A stretch of DNA of 64,000 nt from an uncultured Gemmatimonadales bacterium (lineage in GTDB: Bacteria; Gemmatimonadota; Gemmatimonadetes; Longimicrobiales; RSA9), in assembly GCA_963798085.1 (NCBI GenBank), contig CAWCRS010000003.1, positions 960,001 through 1,024,000 of the forward strand, given 5' to 3'. The first letter of the stretch is position 1, and each line of letters starts with the position of its first letter. The position numbers and the translations under genes were made by a program. Under the pieces are notes generated by a model that saw nothing but the letters and a program-made list of their open reading frames with translations, did not search any database and was not told the DNA's origin. Below are positions 19,149 to 29,820 of this stretch, in pieces.

Positions 19149-22100
19149 ATGCCGGACAGGCAGGTTGTGGCAGGGTGTAGCGGGCGGTTTGCCCGGCGCG
19201 CCCTGCGCGCTCGCGTGCGCACGCGACTCCTGTCTGCCGCGCTGATGATCGCGGCGAGCGCCGGCACGGCCGCCGCGCAGATGGTCAACTTTCGCAACTA
19301 CACGCGGAACGAAGGCCTGCCACAGGCGCAGGTGCTGGGCATTCATCAGGACCAGCAGGGCTATATCTGGTTCGCGACCTATGGCGGCGTGAGCCGGTTC
19401 AACGGCGCGGATTTCCAGACGTGGACCAAGGACCAGGGCCTCTCGTCCAACTCGGTGTTCGATGTCGCCGAGGACGCGCAGGGACGCATGCTGCTGGCCA
19501 CGTCCGGCGGGCTGTGCGTCCAGCAGACCAGCCGCTTCCAGTGCTACCGCCAACGCGATGGACTGGCCAATGACAATGCGCGCAGCGTCATGCCGGACGC
19601 CGCGGGTGGCATTCGGGTCGGCACGCAGCAGGGTCTTTCGTACCTGAAAGCCGGCCGCATCCGCAACTACACCACGGCCGATGGCCTGCCCGCCGATCGC
19701 GTGAATCGCGTGGCCATGGACTCGAAGGGCAGCGTCTGGGTCGCCACCGAGCAGGGCCTGGCGCACTTCGATGGCCAACGCTTCACGGCAGATTCGCCGG
19801 AGAACTTCGGGCAGGCGACGGTGCGGTTCATCGTGCCGTCGGAACAGGGGCTGCTGGTGGGCACCGATGCGGGTCTGTTCTGGCGTCGCGACGACGGCGT
19901 GTCGCCGCTGGCGCAGGTCGAGTTCCCGGCGGGTGCGGGACCCGTGGATGCCGCCATCGACCGCAACGGCATCATCTGGGTGGCCACGACTAACGGTGCG
20001 TTAAGGATCCAGGGCGGACAGGTGGAGCGGCTCACACGCGCCAACGGCCTGCTGACCGACCTCGTGAACCGTGTGACCATCGATCGCGAAGGCGATGTCT
20101 GGTTCGGCACCGAGAGCGGCGCCAGCAAGCACGTGCCTGGCCCGTTCAGCACGTACACGGTGATGGAGGGTCTGCCGCACGACTTCGTGCGCGCGCTCGA
20201 GCTGGACGACCGGGGCCGCCTCTGGGCGGGCACACGCAACGGCGTTGCCGTGCGGGACGGCGGGCAGTTCCACACCATCGACCTGACGGGCGCACCCGAC
20301 GTGCGCGTGTACGCGCTGACGCACCTTCAGGGCGAGGGCATGCTCATCGGCACGCGCCGCGGACTGATCCTCTACGATGGTCACTTGCGCCGCGTATACA
20401 CGCGCGAGGATGGCCTGCCCGGCGACGTGGTCTACAGCCTGCTGCGCGACACGCGAGGCACCATCTGGATCGGGACGGAGCGCGGACTGGCGAGGTGGGA
20501 GTCGGGACGCATCGTGCCGGACCTGCATCCGGAGCTTGCCGGCATCGGCTTCATCAGCCTGGCACAGGACCGCGCGGGTCGCGTCTGGCTGGGCCGCCTC
20601 TCGGGCGGCGTCGCCATTCTCCACGGCGACTCCGTGTCGCTGCTCGGGCCGGCGCAGGGCGCCACCGATCAGACCGTCTGGTCGATGGCCGAAGATGCCG
20701 AGGGCCGCATGTGGGTGGGCACCAACGGCGACGGCGCGCTGCGCATGGGACCTGACGGCATCAGGCACTACACGACGCGCCAGGGACTGGCGAGCGATTT
20801 CATCTGGCAGGTGCTGCCCGACTCGCGTGGCGATCTCTGGCTGTTCGGCAACGACGGGCTGGACCGCTTCGCCGGCGAACACATCACGCACTACGATCGC
20901 GGCAGCGGCCTGCCGGAGCTGGAAGGCAGCGCCAACGCCGCCCACGACGATGGGGACGGCAACCTCTGGTTCGGCACCGGCTCCGGCCTGGTCCGGTATG
21001 TCCGCGGCCTGGATCGGGCGCCCGCCATGGCGCCGCCCGTTTATGTCGAGGGCCTGACCCAGGACGGCGAACCGGTGGCCACCGAGGCGTCGCGGCTGCG
21101 GCTGCACCGCGGCGCGCTGCAGATCCACTTCGCGTCCCCCACGTTCCGCGATGAAGCCTCGGTGCGCTTCCGCTATCGGCTGGTGGGCGCGGGAGCGAAC
21201 AACGCCTGGTCGCCACCCACATCGGAACGCCGCATCACGTACGCGGGTCTGGGCGCCGGCCACTACCGCTTCGAGGTGCAAGCCGAGAATCTCGGCGTAG
21301 AGAGCCGCGCCCCGGCCATGATGAGCTTCGCCGTCCTGCCGGCGTTCTGGCAGACGTGGTGGTTCACGCTGTCCGCGCTGCTGCTGCTGATTGCCGCGGC
21401 CGTCGCCGTGCCCGTGGTGCGGGCGCGTGGACTGGAACGCGAGAAGCAGAGGCTGGAAGCCGTCGTCGCCCATCACACGCGTGAGCTGGCGGACAAGAAC
21501 GACCGGCTCGAGCAGTCGAACCGCGATCTCGAGCATTTCGCCTACGTCGCGTCGCACGACCTGCAGGAGCCGCTGCGCAAGATCCAGGCGTTCTCCGACC
21601 GCGTGTCGCGACAGTACGCGCCACAGCTCGACGATCAGGGCCGAGACTTCCTGTCGCGCATGAGCAATGCGGCCGCGCGCATGCAGCGGCTGATCGACGA
21701 TCTGCTCAGCCTGTCGCGCGTGTCGACCCGCCCTGGCAAGAAGCAGCCCGTGGACCTCGCCGTTCTGGCGCAGGAAGTGGTGGGCGACCTCGAGTTCCGC
21801 ATTCAGTCGACGCGCGGCCGCGTCGAGATTGGCGACCTGCCGACCATCACCGCCGATCCCGTGCAGATGCGACAGGTCTTCCAGAACCTGATCGGCAACG
21901 CGCTCAAGTTCCACCGCCCGGAAGAACCACCCGTCGTGCGCGTGAGCGCGCTGGCCGTCGGCCCGAACAGGATCGAGCTGCGCTTCGAGGACAACGGCAT
22001 CGGCTTCGAGCCGAAGGACGCGGACAAGGTGTTCCTGCCCTTCCAGCGACTGCACAGCCGGGCCCAGTACGAAGGCACGGGCATCGGACTCACAATCTGC

Positions 22101-22221
22101 CAGAAGATCGTCGAGCGACACGGCGGATCGATCCGCGCGCTCGAGCACGCCCGGCAAGGGCTCGCAGTTCCTGGTGACCCTGCCCGTCCACGAAACGCAG
22201 GAGATGAACCATGCCGCGTGA
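19149..22221 (+). CDS. Sensor histidine kinase with periplasmic beta-propeller (Reg_prop/Y_Y_Y) domain (frameshift near 22140)
   Basis: Repeated DxxGx(I/L)W(V/F)(A/G)T and DGL repeats, PAFWQTWWF TM, H-box ASHDLQEPLRKI, QNLIGNALKF, DNGIG, GTGIGL; true end STPGKGSQFLVTLP in the +1 frame. Confidence 0.9.
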
Positions 22222-22681
22222 GGGCCACGAATCCATCGCCATCCTCATGGCGGACGACGACGCGGATGATCGCATGCTGGCGCATGACGCCATGGTCGAG
22301 AGCCGGCTGTGCAACTGCATGCGCTTCGTGGAGGATGGGCAGGAGCTGATGGACTATCTCCGGCGCGAAGGCCGCTTCGCGCGTGAGGAAGCGCCCACGC
22401 CCGGCCTCATTCTGCTCGACCTCAACATGCCGCGGAAGGACGGACGGCAGGCGCTGCAGGAGATCAAGAGCGATCCCGCGCTGCGACGCATTCCGGTCGT
22501 CGTGCTGACCACGTCGAAGGCGGAAGAGGACATCCTGCGCACCTACGACCTCGGCGCCAACTCGTTCATTGCGAAGCCCGTCACGTTCGAACGGCTGGTC
22601 GAGATCGTGCGCACGCTCGGACTCTACTGGTTCAACATCGTGCAGCTGCCCGGCGGCCGGAGCGCCGCGGCGCATGGATAA
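22211..22681 (+). CDS. Single-domain response regulator (Rcp1-like)
   Basis: ADDDADD, LLDLNMPRKDG, VVVLTTS, YDLGANSFIAKP. Confidence 0.92.
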   Translation: MPREGHESIAILMADDDADDRMLAHDAMVESRLCNCMRFVEDGQELMDYLRREGRFAREEAPTPGLILLDLNMPRKDGRQALQEIKSDPALRRIPVVVLTTSKAEEDILRTYDLGANSFIAKPVTFERLVEIVRTLGLYWFNIVQLPGGRSAAAHG

Positions 22682-23654
22682 CACGGCTGTTCGCGTCCTG
22701 CTGGTCGAGGACGACGAGGACGACTACGTCCTGACCCGCGACCTGCTGGCCGAGGGATACGCCGGTCGCTTTGCGCTGGACTGGGAGTCGGCGTACGTCG
22801 CCGGACTCGCCCGTCTGCTCGAGGGCCGCCACGACGTGGCCCTGCTGGATCACAACCTGGGCGCTCACACGGGCATCGAGCTGCTGCGCGAGGCGGCCGC
22901 GCAAGGCTGCGAGATTCCCATCATCATGCTGACCGGCCAATCCGATCGCGAAACGGATCTGCTGGCCATGCACGCGGGCGCCGCGGATTACCTCGTCAAA
23001 CGCGACGTTACACCGGGCCTGCTGGAGCGAGCCATCCGCTACGCGCGGGAGCGGCACCGCCTGCTCGAGGAGATCCGATCGCTCTCGCTGATCGATGAGC
23101 TGACCGGCCTGAGCAATCGCCGCGCCTTCTTCACCATGGGTGATCAACGGCTGCAGCTGCTCGAGCGCCGGGGCACGCCCTGCCTGCTGGTGTTCTTCGA
23201 CGTCGATGGCCTGAAGCAGGTCAATGACACCCGCGGCCACGAGGCGGGTGACCGTATGCTCGTGGACGCCGCACGCGTGCTGCGCCACACCTTCCGGCGC
23301 ACGGACCTGGTGGCGCGTATGGGCGGCGACGAATTCGTCGTGCTGGCCGATGACGCCGGCGACGACGACACGGAGATCCTGCTCACCCGCCTCGACGAGC
23401 AGATCGCGGAGCGTAATGGCGCACCGAACGCCGAGTATCGACTGTCGATCAGCGCAGGCGCAGTCGCATTCAAGGCGGGCGAGGACACGCGGCTGCAGGA
23501 TCTGGTGGCCGAAGCGGATACGCTGATGCTGCGCTGCAAGGCGGGGCGCAGCAGCCGCGGGCAACTGCAGTCCGGTGTGGAGACGACACTGGCGCCCTTC
23601 GCCGCCGTGCTCGCGTCCGCCACATTGCCGGAGACGCGGGCCGGCACCGCCTGA
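22674..23654 (+). CDS. REC-GGDEF diguanylate cyclase
   Basis: VEDDEDD receiver; DELTGLSNRR, KQVND..GH..GD, RRTD I-site, RMGGDEF. Confidence 0.92.
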   Translation: MDNTAVRVLLVEDDEDDYVLTRDLLAEGYAGRFALDWESAYVAGLARLLEGRHDVALLDHNLGAHTGIELLREAAAQGCEIPIIMLTGQSDRETDLLAMHAGAADYLVKRDVTPGLLERAIRYARERHRLLEEIRSLSLIDELTGLSNRRAFFTMGDQRLQLLERRGTPCLLVFFDVDGLKQVNDTRGHEAGDRMLVDAARVLRHTFRRTDLVARMGGDEFVVLADDAGDDDTEILLTRLDEQIAERNGAPNAEYRLSISAGAVAFKAGEDTRLQDLVAEADTLMLRCKAGRSSRGQLQSGVETTLAPFAAVLASATLPETRAGTA

Positions 23655-23775
23655 CTCCAGCCTTATCCCGGCCCTCGCTGGGCTGTATTTCAAACCCCTG
23701 ACAGCCTGTTCACAGCCGGCCAGCAGCTGCGTCAGTGCGGCGGGAAAGGTCGCGAATACCCATGCCCGGAAACAC

Positions 23776-23807
23776 AAAGCCCCACGGCGGATTGACCGCC
23801 GTGGGGC
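23776..23807 (-). terminator. Intrinsic terminator
   Basis: 12-bp stem GCCCCACGGCGG/CCGCCGTGGGGC with a 5-nt loop, followed by TTTGTGTTT on the minus strand. Confidence 0.65.
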
Positions 23808-23828
23808 CCGCGCTTCGATCGATTTGCT

Positions 23829-23960
23829 TCAGCGTGCGAGCTGGGTCGGGTTGGTGGGGTTGCCCGAATTCTTCGATACCAGGCGGACCAGGATCGTCAA
23901 CGGGCGAACCGACCAGACTGCGACAAGCACCCAGGCTGCAATGTTCGTGAAGTGTGACAT
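23829..23960 (-). CDS. Putative 43-aa small membrane protein (not in ORF track)
   Basis: MSHFTNIAAWVLVAVWSVRPLTILVRLVSKNSGNPTNPTQLAR; AGAGGAAGAA before ATG; terminator just downstream. Confidence 0.55.
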   Translation of the reverse strand: MSHFTNIAAWVLVAVWSVRPLTILVRLVSKNSGNPTNPTQLAR

Positions 23961-24381
23961 TTCTTCCTCTATGACTTCAGCGCGGTCCCGGGTCGCGCGT
24001 GCGTGTTAGGTGGTTCCTGCAGCTCGTCTCACCCGAGGAGAGCGCAGCCATCAATACGAATGATGAGACCACCCGGTTCCAGGAACGGTTGCCATGGCCT
24101 GCTTCACCCCTGGGACTGGCGGAGTCCGGGTCCCGGCGAGCACCATTTCCGCCGTGCCGCGAGGCACTGGGGCCCGGCACCAGGTAAAGCGTGAAAGTCG
24201 CCGGATTCGCGACATTGGCGGCATTCCGCGGTCGCCCGGGCTGAGCACAGAAGGTTCGGCAGCTCTCACGGCCAGCTGAACGCCGGACGGCGGCGGCGGG
24301 TTCCCGGCGGACCCAACGAAGGCGGGTCGGCCGGCATCCTATTCCCGACCGCAACGCGCGCCACTACAACACGGTAAGCCC

Positions 24382-26904
24382 ATGTCATTCGACCCGATCG
24401 GCCGGACGGCCGCGGATCTGCGCCATGCCGTCCGCCAGCTGCGCGCGAGCCCCGGCTTTGCATGGGCGGCCATCCTGACCCTGGCGCTCGGGGCCGGCGC
24501 GAATGCGGTGGGGTTCAGCGTCCTGCGGGGCGCGCTGCTGCGACGCCTGCCGTTCGCCGATCCCGACCGCCTCGCAATGGTGCAGGTGGTTCGCGTCAAT
24601 CAGGATGGGTCGCGCGAGCGTTACCCGTGGTGGTCATGGCCGCAGTACCGCTGGCTGCGCGAGCGGGCCGGTGATTCACCGCTGCCGGAGACAGCCGTCT
24701 ACGACCCGGAAGGCGTGAACCTCACGGATGGCGGCGAGCCGATCCGCGTGCGCAGCGAGGTGGTGTCGGGCGGGTACTTCGAGCTGCTGGGCGTCCGTCC
24801 CGCAGTGGGCCGCACGTTCGCGCCGGCCGAGGACTCGGTACCGGGCCGGAATCCAGTGGTCATCCTCGGCCATGATCTCTGGCGCCGACGCTTTGCCGGC
24901 GACCCGTCGATTCTGGGCCGAAGCGTGCGGGCCAACGGCGTGGCGCTCGACGTGGTCGGCGTGATGCCGGCCGGATTCGGCGGCGTGAGCGGGGAGGCGG
25001 AACTGTGGATCCCGGCAATGATGGCGCCGCTGGTGGCCTGGGACCGAATGCTTACCTCGACGGATCCGGCGTTGACGCTGGTGGCGAGGCTGCCGGCCGG
25101 CCGGTCCGCTGCCACGGTGCAGGCGGCCATGCAACCGCTCGGTGACCCGCTGCGGCGTGCACTGCCTGACGTGGAGTCGGCGGATGGGGCGGCCGCGCTC
25201 GAATTCGGCGTGCGTCCGCTCGCCGAAGTCGGCATCGATCCGGCCCGTCGCCGATCTGCGATTCTGCTGTTCGCGGCCGTGTGGCTGGTGCTCGGCGTGG
25301 CCTGCGTCAACCTTGCGGCGCTGCAGCTGGGCCGGTCGCAGACGCGGGCGCGCGAATTCGCGGTGCGGGAAGCGCTGGGCTGCCGCCGCGCCCGCCTGCT
25401 GCGGCAACTGCTGACCGAAAGTCTCGTGCTGGCAGCCGCGGGCGGCGCCGTGAGCCTGCTGCTGGCGCTGGGCGCGGGCCGGCTGTTGCGCGCCATCGCG
25501 CCGGTACGCATGCCCGGGCCGGCCAACTTCTACGCACGCGTCTCCGAATTCGCAGCCGTGCGCATTGACGGCGTGGTGCTGCTGTTCGCGCTGGCCATGG
25601 CTTGGCTAACCGCTGTGTTAGTGGGTGTGCTGCCCGTCCTGGGACGGCGCGAGCTGGGGGGTGCGCTGCGCACCGGAGTGCGCGCCTCGTCGCCCGGGTG
25701 GTCGCTCCGGCGACCGGGTGCGCTGGCCATGCTCACGGCTATCGAGATCGCGCTGGCTGTGGCGCTGGCCACCGGCGCGGGACTGCTGATCCGCAGCTTC
25801 GATCAGGCGAAGGCCCTGAAGCCGGGGTTCGACGGCAGCCATGTCATCACGTTCCGCATCGAGCCGGCGGACCCGACGTTCTCGACGAGCCGGGCGCCCT
25901 CGCTGATCACACCCGTGCTGGACGCGGTGCGCCGGGTGCCCGGCGTGGTTTCCGCGACCGTCTCGATGTGCACCCCGTTCATGGCAACCTGCGGGCGACA
26001 CGCGATGTACCCTGCGGAACCGGCCCCGCCCGTGCACTCCGAGGCCGAAGCGGAGACCGGGATCCACTACGTCGCCTCCGATCACTTCAGCACGCTGCGC
26101 ATTCCCCTGCGCGAGGGACGCGCGTTCTCGCCCGCGGATCGGGCGGGTGCTCCGCGCGTCGCAATTGTGAACGAGGCCGCCGCGCGGCGGTTCTGGCCCG
26201 GACTCGATCCGGTGGGCCAGCGGCTGGTGCTGGATGACCCGAAGCTGCTGGCGTTCCCTGACTCGATGCTGCAAGTGGTCGGTGTGGTTGGTGACGTCAC
26301 CTACTGGCCGGTCGAGGCCTCGCCCGGCCCGGACCTCTACCTGCCGTACCTGCAATTCACCTATGCGTCGACGTACGTCATGGCGCGCACCAGCGGCAGC
26401 CCGCTGGCGCTCGTGCCGGCGTTGCGCGCGGCGGTGCGGTCGGCCAGTCCCGACCTGCCTGTCGAGGACGTGCGCACCATGGATGAGCGCGCGGCGCTCA
26501 CGCTTTCCGGGCGACGCTTCGTGGCCTGGGTTCTGGGTGCCTTCGCAGCGCTCTCGCTGGGGCTGGCTGCCGTGGGGGTCTATGGCGTGGCCTCCTGGTC
26601 GGTGACCTGCCGAACGCGTGAGATGGGCGTGCGGATGGCACTCGGCGCCGCGCCGGGCAGGGTCTTCCGGCTGGTCCTGGCGCAGGGAATGGCGATCGCA
26701 ACGGTCGGACTGGTAGCTGGCGGCGCGCTGGCCGCTGCGCTGAGTGCACTGCTGCGCTCGCAGCTCTACGGCACGTCGGCGACAGATCCGCTGATGCTGG
26801 GAGCCGGCATGGGCGTAGTGGCGATCGCTGCGGTACTGGCGGTTGCGATTCCTGCGGGTCGTGCTACGAGGGTGGAGCCTGTGGAAGCGTTGCGGAGCGA
26901 ATGA
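24382..26904 (+). CDS. ABC permease, ADOP-type
   Basis: DLRHAVRQLRASPGF, VACVNLAAL, RTREMGVRMALGA, RVEPVEALRSE. Confidence 0.92.
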   Translation: MSFDPIGRTAADLRHAVRQLRASPGFAWAAILTLALGAGANAVGFSVLRGALLRRLPFADPDRLAMVQVVRVNQDGSRERYPWWSWPQYRWLRERAGDSPLPETAVYDPEGVNLTDGGEPIRVRSEVVSGGYFELLGVRPAVGRTFAPAEDSVPGRNPVVILGHDLWRRRFAGDPSILGRSVRANGVALDVVGVMPAGFGGVSGEAELWIPAMMAPLVAWDRMLTSTDPALTLVARLPAGRSAATVQAAMQPLGDPLRRALPDVESADGAAALEFGVRPLAEVGIDPARRRSAILLFAAVWLVLGVACVNLAALQLGRSQTRAREFAVREALGCRRARLLRQLLTESLVLAAAGGAVSLLLALGAGRLLRAIAPVRMPGPANFYARVSEFAAVRIDGVVLLFALAMAWLTAVLVGVLPVLGRRELGGALRTGVRASSPGWSLRRPGALAMLTAIEIALAVALATGAGLLIRSFDQAKALKPGFDGSHVITFRIEPADPTFSTSRAPSLITPVLDAVRRVPGVVSATVSMCTPFMATCGRHAMYPAEPAPPVHSEAEAETGIHYVASDHFSTLRIPLREGRAFSPADRAGAPRVAIVNEAAARRFWPGLDPVGQRLVLDDPKLLAFPDSMLQVVGVVGDVTYWPVEASPGPDLYLPYLQFTYASTYVMARTSGSPLALVPALRAAVRSASPDLPVEDVRTMDERAALTLSGRRFVAWVLGAFAALSLGLAAVGVYGVASWSVTCRTREMGVRMALGAAPGRVFRLVLAQGMAIATVGLVAGGALAAALSALLRSQLYGTSATDPLMLGAGMGVVAIAAVLAVAIPAGRATRVEPVEALRSE

Positions 26905-26961
26905 CTGCGGGGCCGAACCGAGTCGCCTGATCCGCCCGGATCCTGGCGACCGGCTCGGCGA

Positions 26962-27081
26962 TCAGGCTGCCGTGTCGCTGGCTCGCAGGCTGGTGAGAAC
27001 CGTCCGCACCAGCAGCGCTGCCGAAGTGAGCATCCCCGTACCGATCACGGCAAAGAGAGCGATTGCGTTCCAGTCATGCAT
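26962..27081 (-). CDS. Putative 39-aa single-TM small protein (not in ORF track)
   Basis: MHDWNAIALFAVIGTGMLTSAALLVRTVLTSLRASDTAA; GGAGGT RBS 5 nt before ATG. Confidence 0.6.
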   Translation of the reverse strand: MHDWNAIALFAVIGTGMLTSAALLVRTVLTSLRASDTAA

Positions 27082-27442
27082 GTTAAACCTCCCGTTCCGA
27101 ACGTCAGTCCCCAATCATGAGGCGCAGGCACCTTCGCTTACCGGACATCCACGTCATTCCTACAATGCTTTGCACCTGCCAGGTTTCAGACGCCCGAGCC
27201 CCGGAAAAGGTTGGCCCGTTCGCCTTCGAAAGCCTGAGTATCGGCCGGCTGGATGGCTGCGGGTTGTAGGGGAAACCTGCCAGCTCGTAGGGGAATTGTC
27301 AGGGTGGGCTGACGCAGTTGCTCTACGGCATCCGGGAAGGGGACTGAGGTGGGTCAGCGTCGACCCGCCACTTCCCCATTCCCATGAATACTTCCGCTCC
27401 TTCTCCTTCGACTCGCCCTCTCCTTCGGGAGGGCCGCTCTTG

Positions 27443-29110
27443 TCAGAAGAGCTTGAACGCCTGCGAAACGAAATTCGGGTGGTACGTGAGGAAGAAGGGG
27501 GCGTATGCGATCGCGATGAGGGCCAGGGCGACGAGCATCCAGATGCCGAGGCGATCGAGCGTGGGCTCCCAGCCGACGGTCGCAGGCGGCGTCAGCGTGC
27601 CGGACACGGGGATGTCGGTTGGCCCGCCGCGCTTTCCGGCCACGATGGTCATGCCCACCGTGATAAAGAAGAGCATGACGCCCAGGAACATGATGGAGCC
27701 GCCCACGCCTGTGATGATGCCGGGCAGTCGCCATTCGGGCTTGTAGTAGGTAGCCGCCGCCATGAAGGTGCGGCGAGGCATGCCTTCGAGGCCGCCGGAG
27801 ATCATGCCGCGGGCGAAGATCAGCACGCCGATCGTGTAGATCCAGGCGGAGGCCAGCGCCAGCTTCCGCGACCAGAGCTGACGGTCCGTCAGGTACGGGA
27901 TCAGCCAGTACGCGATGCCCATGAGCGTGAGCGCCACGGCCGTACCGACCGTCATGTGGAAGTGGCCGGGCACCCACGTCGTGTTGTGGATCACCTGGTT
28001 CATCGTGTAGCTCGCGTTGACCAGCCCGGTGGCGCCGCCCAGCACGAACGTCAGCATGGCCAGCACCTGGGCCGCGACAGACGGGTCGTGCCATGGCAGA
28101 TGCCGGAACCAGCCGAATACACCGGTGCCGCCTCGCCGCCGGCCGCCGATCTCGAGCGCCGCGATCACGCTGAATGCCGTCGCCAGGCTGGGAAAGAAAA
28201 CGCCGAATGTCAGGAAGCCCTGCGCCGCCTTCATGCCCGTGCTGATGCCGGGGTCCGTGTACTGGTGATGGAAACCGGTCGGGATGGAGAGCACGAGGAA
28301 AAGAATGAAGACGATGCGCGTGTACGAGTCGCTGATCATGATGCCACCCACCTGACGTGGCACGAGCGCGTACCACGAGACGTAGGCGGGCAGCAGCCAG
28401 GCGTACACGATGGCGTGGCCGGTGAACCAGAACAGTGTGCGGGTCAGCAGCGGGTCCACGAGCTGTGTGAGGCCCAGCGACCAGGGCAGCAGGAACACCA
28501 GGAACTCGACGGCAATGGGCAGCGAGGCCATCGCCCACATGAGGTACGATGCCAGCGAGATGAAGGCGAGGAGGGGGGTGCGCTCGCCCGGATGCTCGCG
28601 GCGCCAGCCGCGCACGGCTAACAGCATGTTCAGCAGCGCCAGCCAGGTACTGACCACCACCAGCGCCAGCCCGAGGTAGTACGTCCAGTGCGCCTGCAGC
28701 GGCGCATAGGAAGTGAAAAGCACGGATGCCTTGTTGCTGACCACTGCGTAGATGACAAGGACGTTGCCGGCCACGAGCGACAGGAAGACGGCCCAGAGCA
28801 GTCCCGTCGACAACCGCCGGCTGAGCGCTCGTGCAGTCATCAGCGGCAGGAATGCATTGGAGAACGAGAACGTGAAGATCAGCACGTTGGCCACGCCGTG
28901 CGCGGTGAGGCCCTCGTAGTAGGTGTGCAGTCCGGGGAACCAGCCCAGGATGTTGATGCGCGCGTAGCCGAGAGCATTGGCCAGACCGTGGAACACGCCG
29001 GCAGTGAGGGCCGCGTAGCCGATATAGATGGTCCAGCGCAGCAGGCGCCGCTGTTCATCAGGCAGCCTGTAGCCCGCGGGATCGGCGACGATCGGAGTCA
29101 GGGCGGCCAT
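27443..29110 (-). CDS. cbaA: B-family (ba3-type) cytochrome c oxidase subunit I
   Basis: YYEGLTAHG, FWFTGHAIVY (His-x3-Tyr crosslink), GFHHQYTDPGI, HNTTWVPGHFH, GMPRR. Confidence 0.92.
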   Translation of the reverse strand: MAALTPIVADPAGYRLPDEQRRLLRWTIYIGYAALTAGVFHGLANALGYARINILGWFPGLHTYYEGLTAHGVANVLIFTFSFSNAFLPLMTARALSRRLSTGLLWAVFLSLVAGNVLVIYAVVSNKASVLFTSYAPLQAHWTYYLGLALVVVSTWLALLNMLLAVRGWRREHPGERTPLLAFISLASYLMWAMASLPIAVEFLVFLLPWSLGLTQLVDPLLTRTLFWFTGHAIVYAWLLPAYVSWYALVPRQVGGIMISDSYTRIVFILFLVLSIPTGFHHQYTDPGISTGMKAAQGFLTFGVFFPSLATAFSVIAALEIGGRRRGGTGVFGWFRHLPWHDPSVAAQVLAMLTFVLGGATGLVNASYTMNQVIHNTTWVPGHFHMTVGTAVALTLMGIAYWLIPYLTDRQLWSRKLALASAWIYTIGVLIFARGMISGGLEGMPRRTFMAAATYYKPEWRLPGIITGVGGSIMFLGVMLFFITVGMTIVAGKRGGPTDIPVSGTLTPPATVGWEPTLDRLGIWMLVALALIAIAYAPFFLTYHPNFVSQAFKLF

Positions 29111-29118
29111 GTTCTCCC

Positions 29119-29625
29119 TCAGTTGCCCGGTGTGCGCGGGGCGGCCGCTGTCGCGGTGCCTTCCACAATGACCTTGCCCGACATCGTGTGATGCCCCAGT
29201 CCGCAGTACTCGTGGCAGATGATCAGATGCTCGCCCGGCTCACGGAATCGATAGGTGTTCTGCGAGATCTGTCCGGGGATCAGCATCATGTTGAGCCGCG
29301 TGCCTTCGACATTGAAGCCGTGCAGCACGTCCACCGAGCTGACAGTGAACGTGATGTCGGCGCCGGCGGGGACGTGGATCTCTGAGGGCTGGAACTGCCA
29401 GGCGCGCGCGATCACCACCACCTCGTACTGGCCGGGAGCGCGCTGGTGCACGCCCGGCTGATCGAAGGGCGGCGTCTGCGCCAGCGTGCGCGGATCCACC
29501 TGACCCACCGCATCCGGGAGATGGATGTGCATGGCGAAGGAGGCGTAAGCGAGCGCCGCCATGCAGCCCACCAGCACGACCAGGCCGGCGGCGAGGAAGC
29601 CCTTTTCGTACGTGTGGATCTTCAT
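29119..29625 (-). CDS. cbaB: ba3-type oxidase subunit II (CuA)
   Basis: MKIHTYEK start, single TM, DVLHGF and CHEYCGLGHHTM CuA ligands. Confidence 0.92.
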   Translation of the reverse strand: MKIHTYEKGFLAAGLVVLVGCMAALAYASFAMHIHLPDAVGQVDPRTLAQTPPFDQPGVHQRAPGQYEVVVIARAWQFQPSEIHVPAGADITFTVSSVDVLHGFNVEGTRLNMMLIPGQISQNTYRFREPGEHLIICHEYCGLGHHTMSGKVIVEGTATAAAPRTPGN

Positions 29626-29810
29626 CGGTTGAGCAGCTTGAGGTACATGATCACCCACACCGCCCCGATCACCATCAGGATGATGATCACGAAGAAGAGC
29701 GTGCCGGTGGCGACGGGCTCCTCTCCGGGTGCGAGGCCTCTGGCGAAATAGTCATCGGCGCTGGCCGGCGAATCGGCCTGCGATTCGCTGGCACTCTGCG
29801 GCGGGTTCAC
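29622..29810 (-). CDS. cbaD: ba3-type oxidase subunit IIa-like single-TM peptide
   Basis: AGGAGG RBS with GTG start; GTLFFVIIILMVIGAVWVIMY helix; ATGA overlap with cbaB. Confidence 0.7.
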   Translation of the reverse strand: MNPPQSASESQADSPASADDYFARGLAPGEEPVATGTLFFVIIILMVIGAVWVIMYLKLLNR

Positions 29811-29820
29811 GTGTCCTCCT

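Noticed and set aside
27443..29110. Possible NO reductase (NOR-type heme-copper enzyme), given the nearby nosZ
   Set aside because: Retains His-x3-Tyr (GHAIVY) and ba3-like motifs, consistent with a B-family O2 reductase
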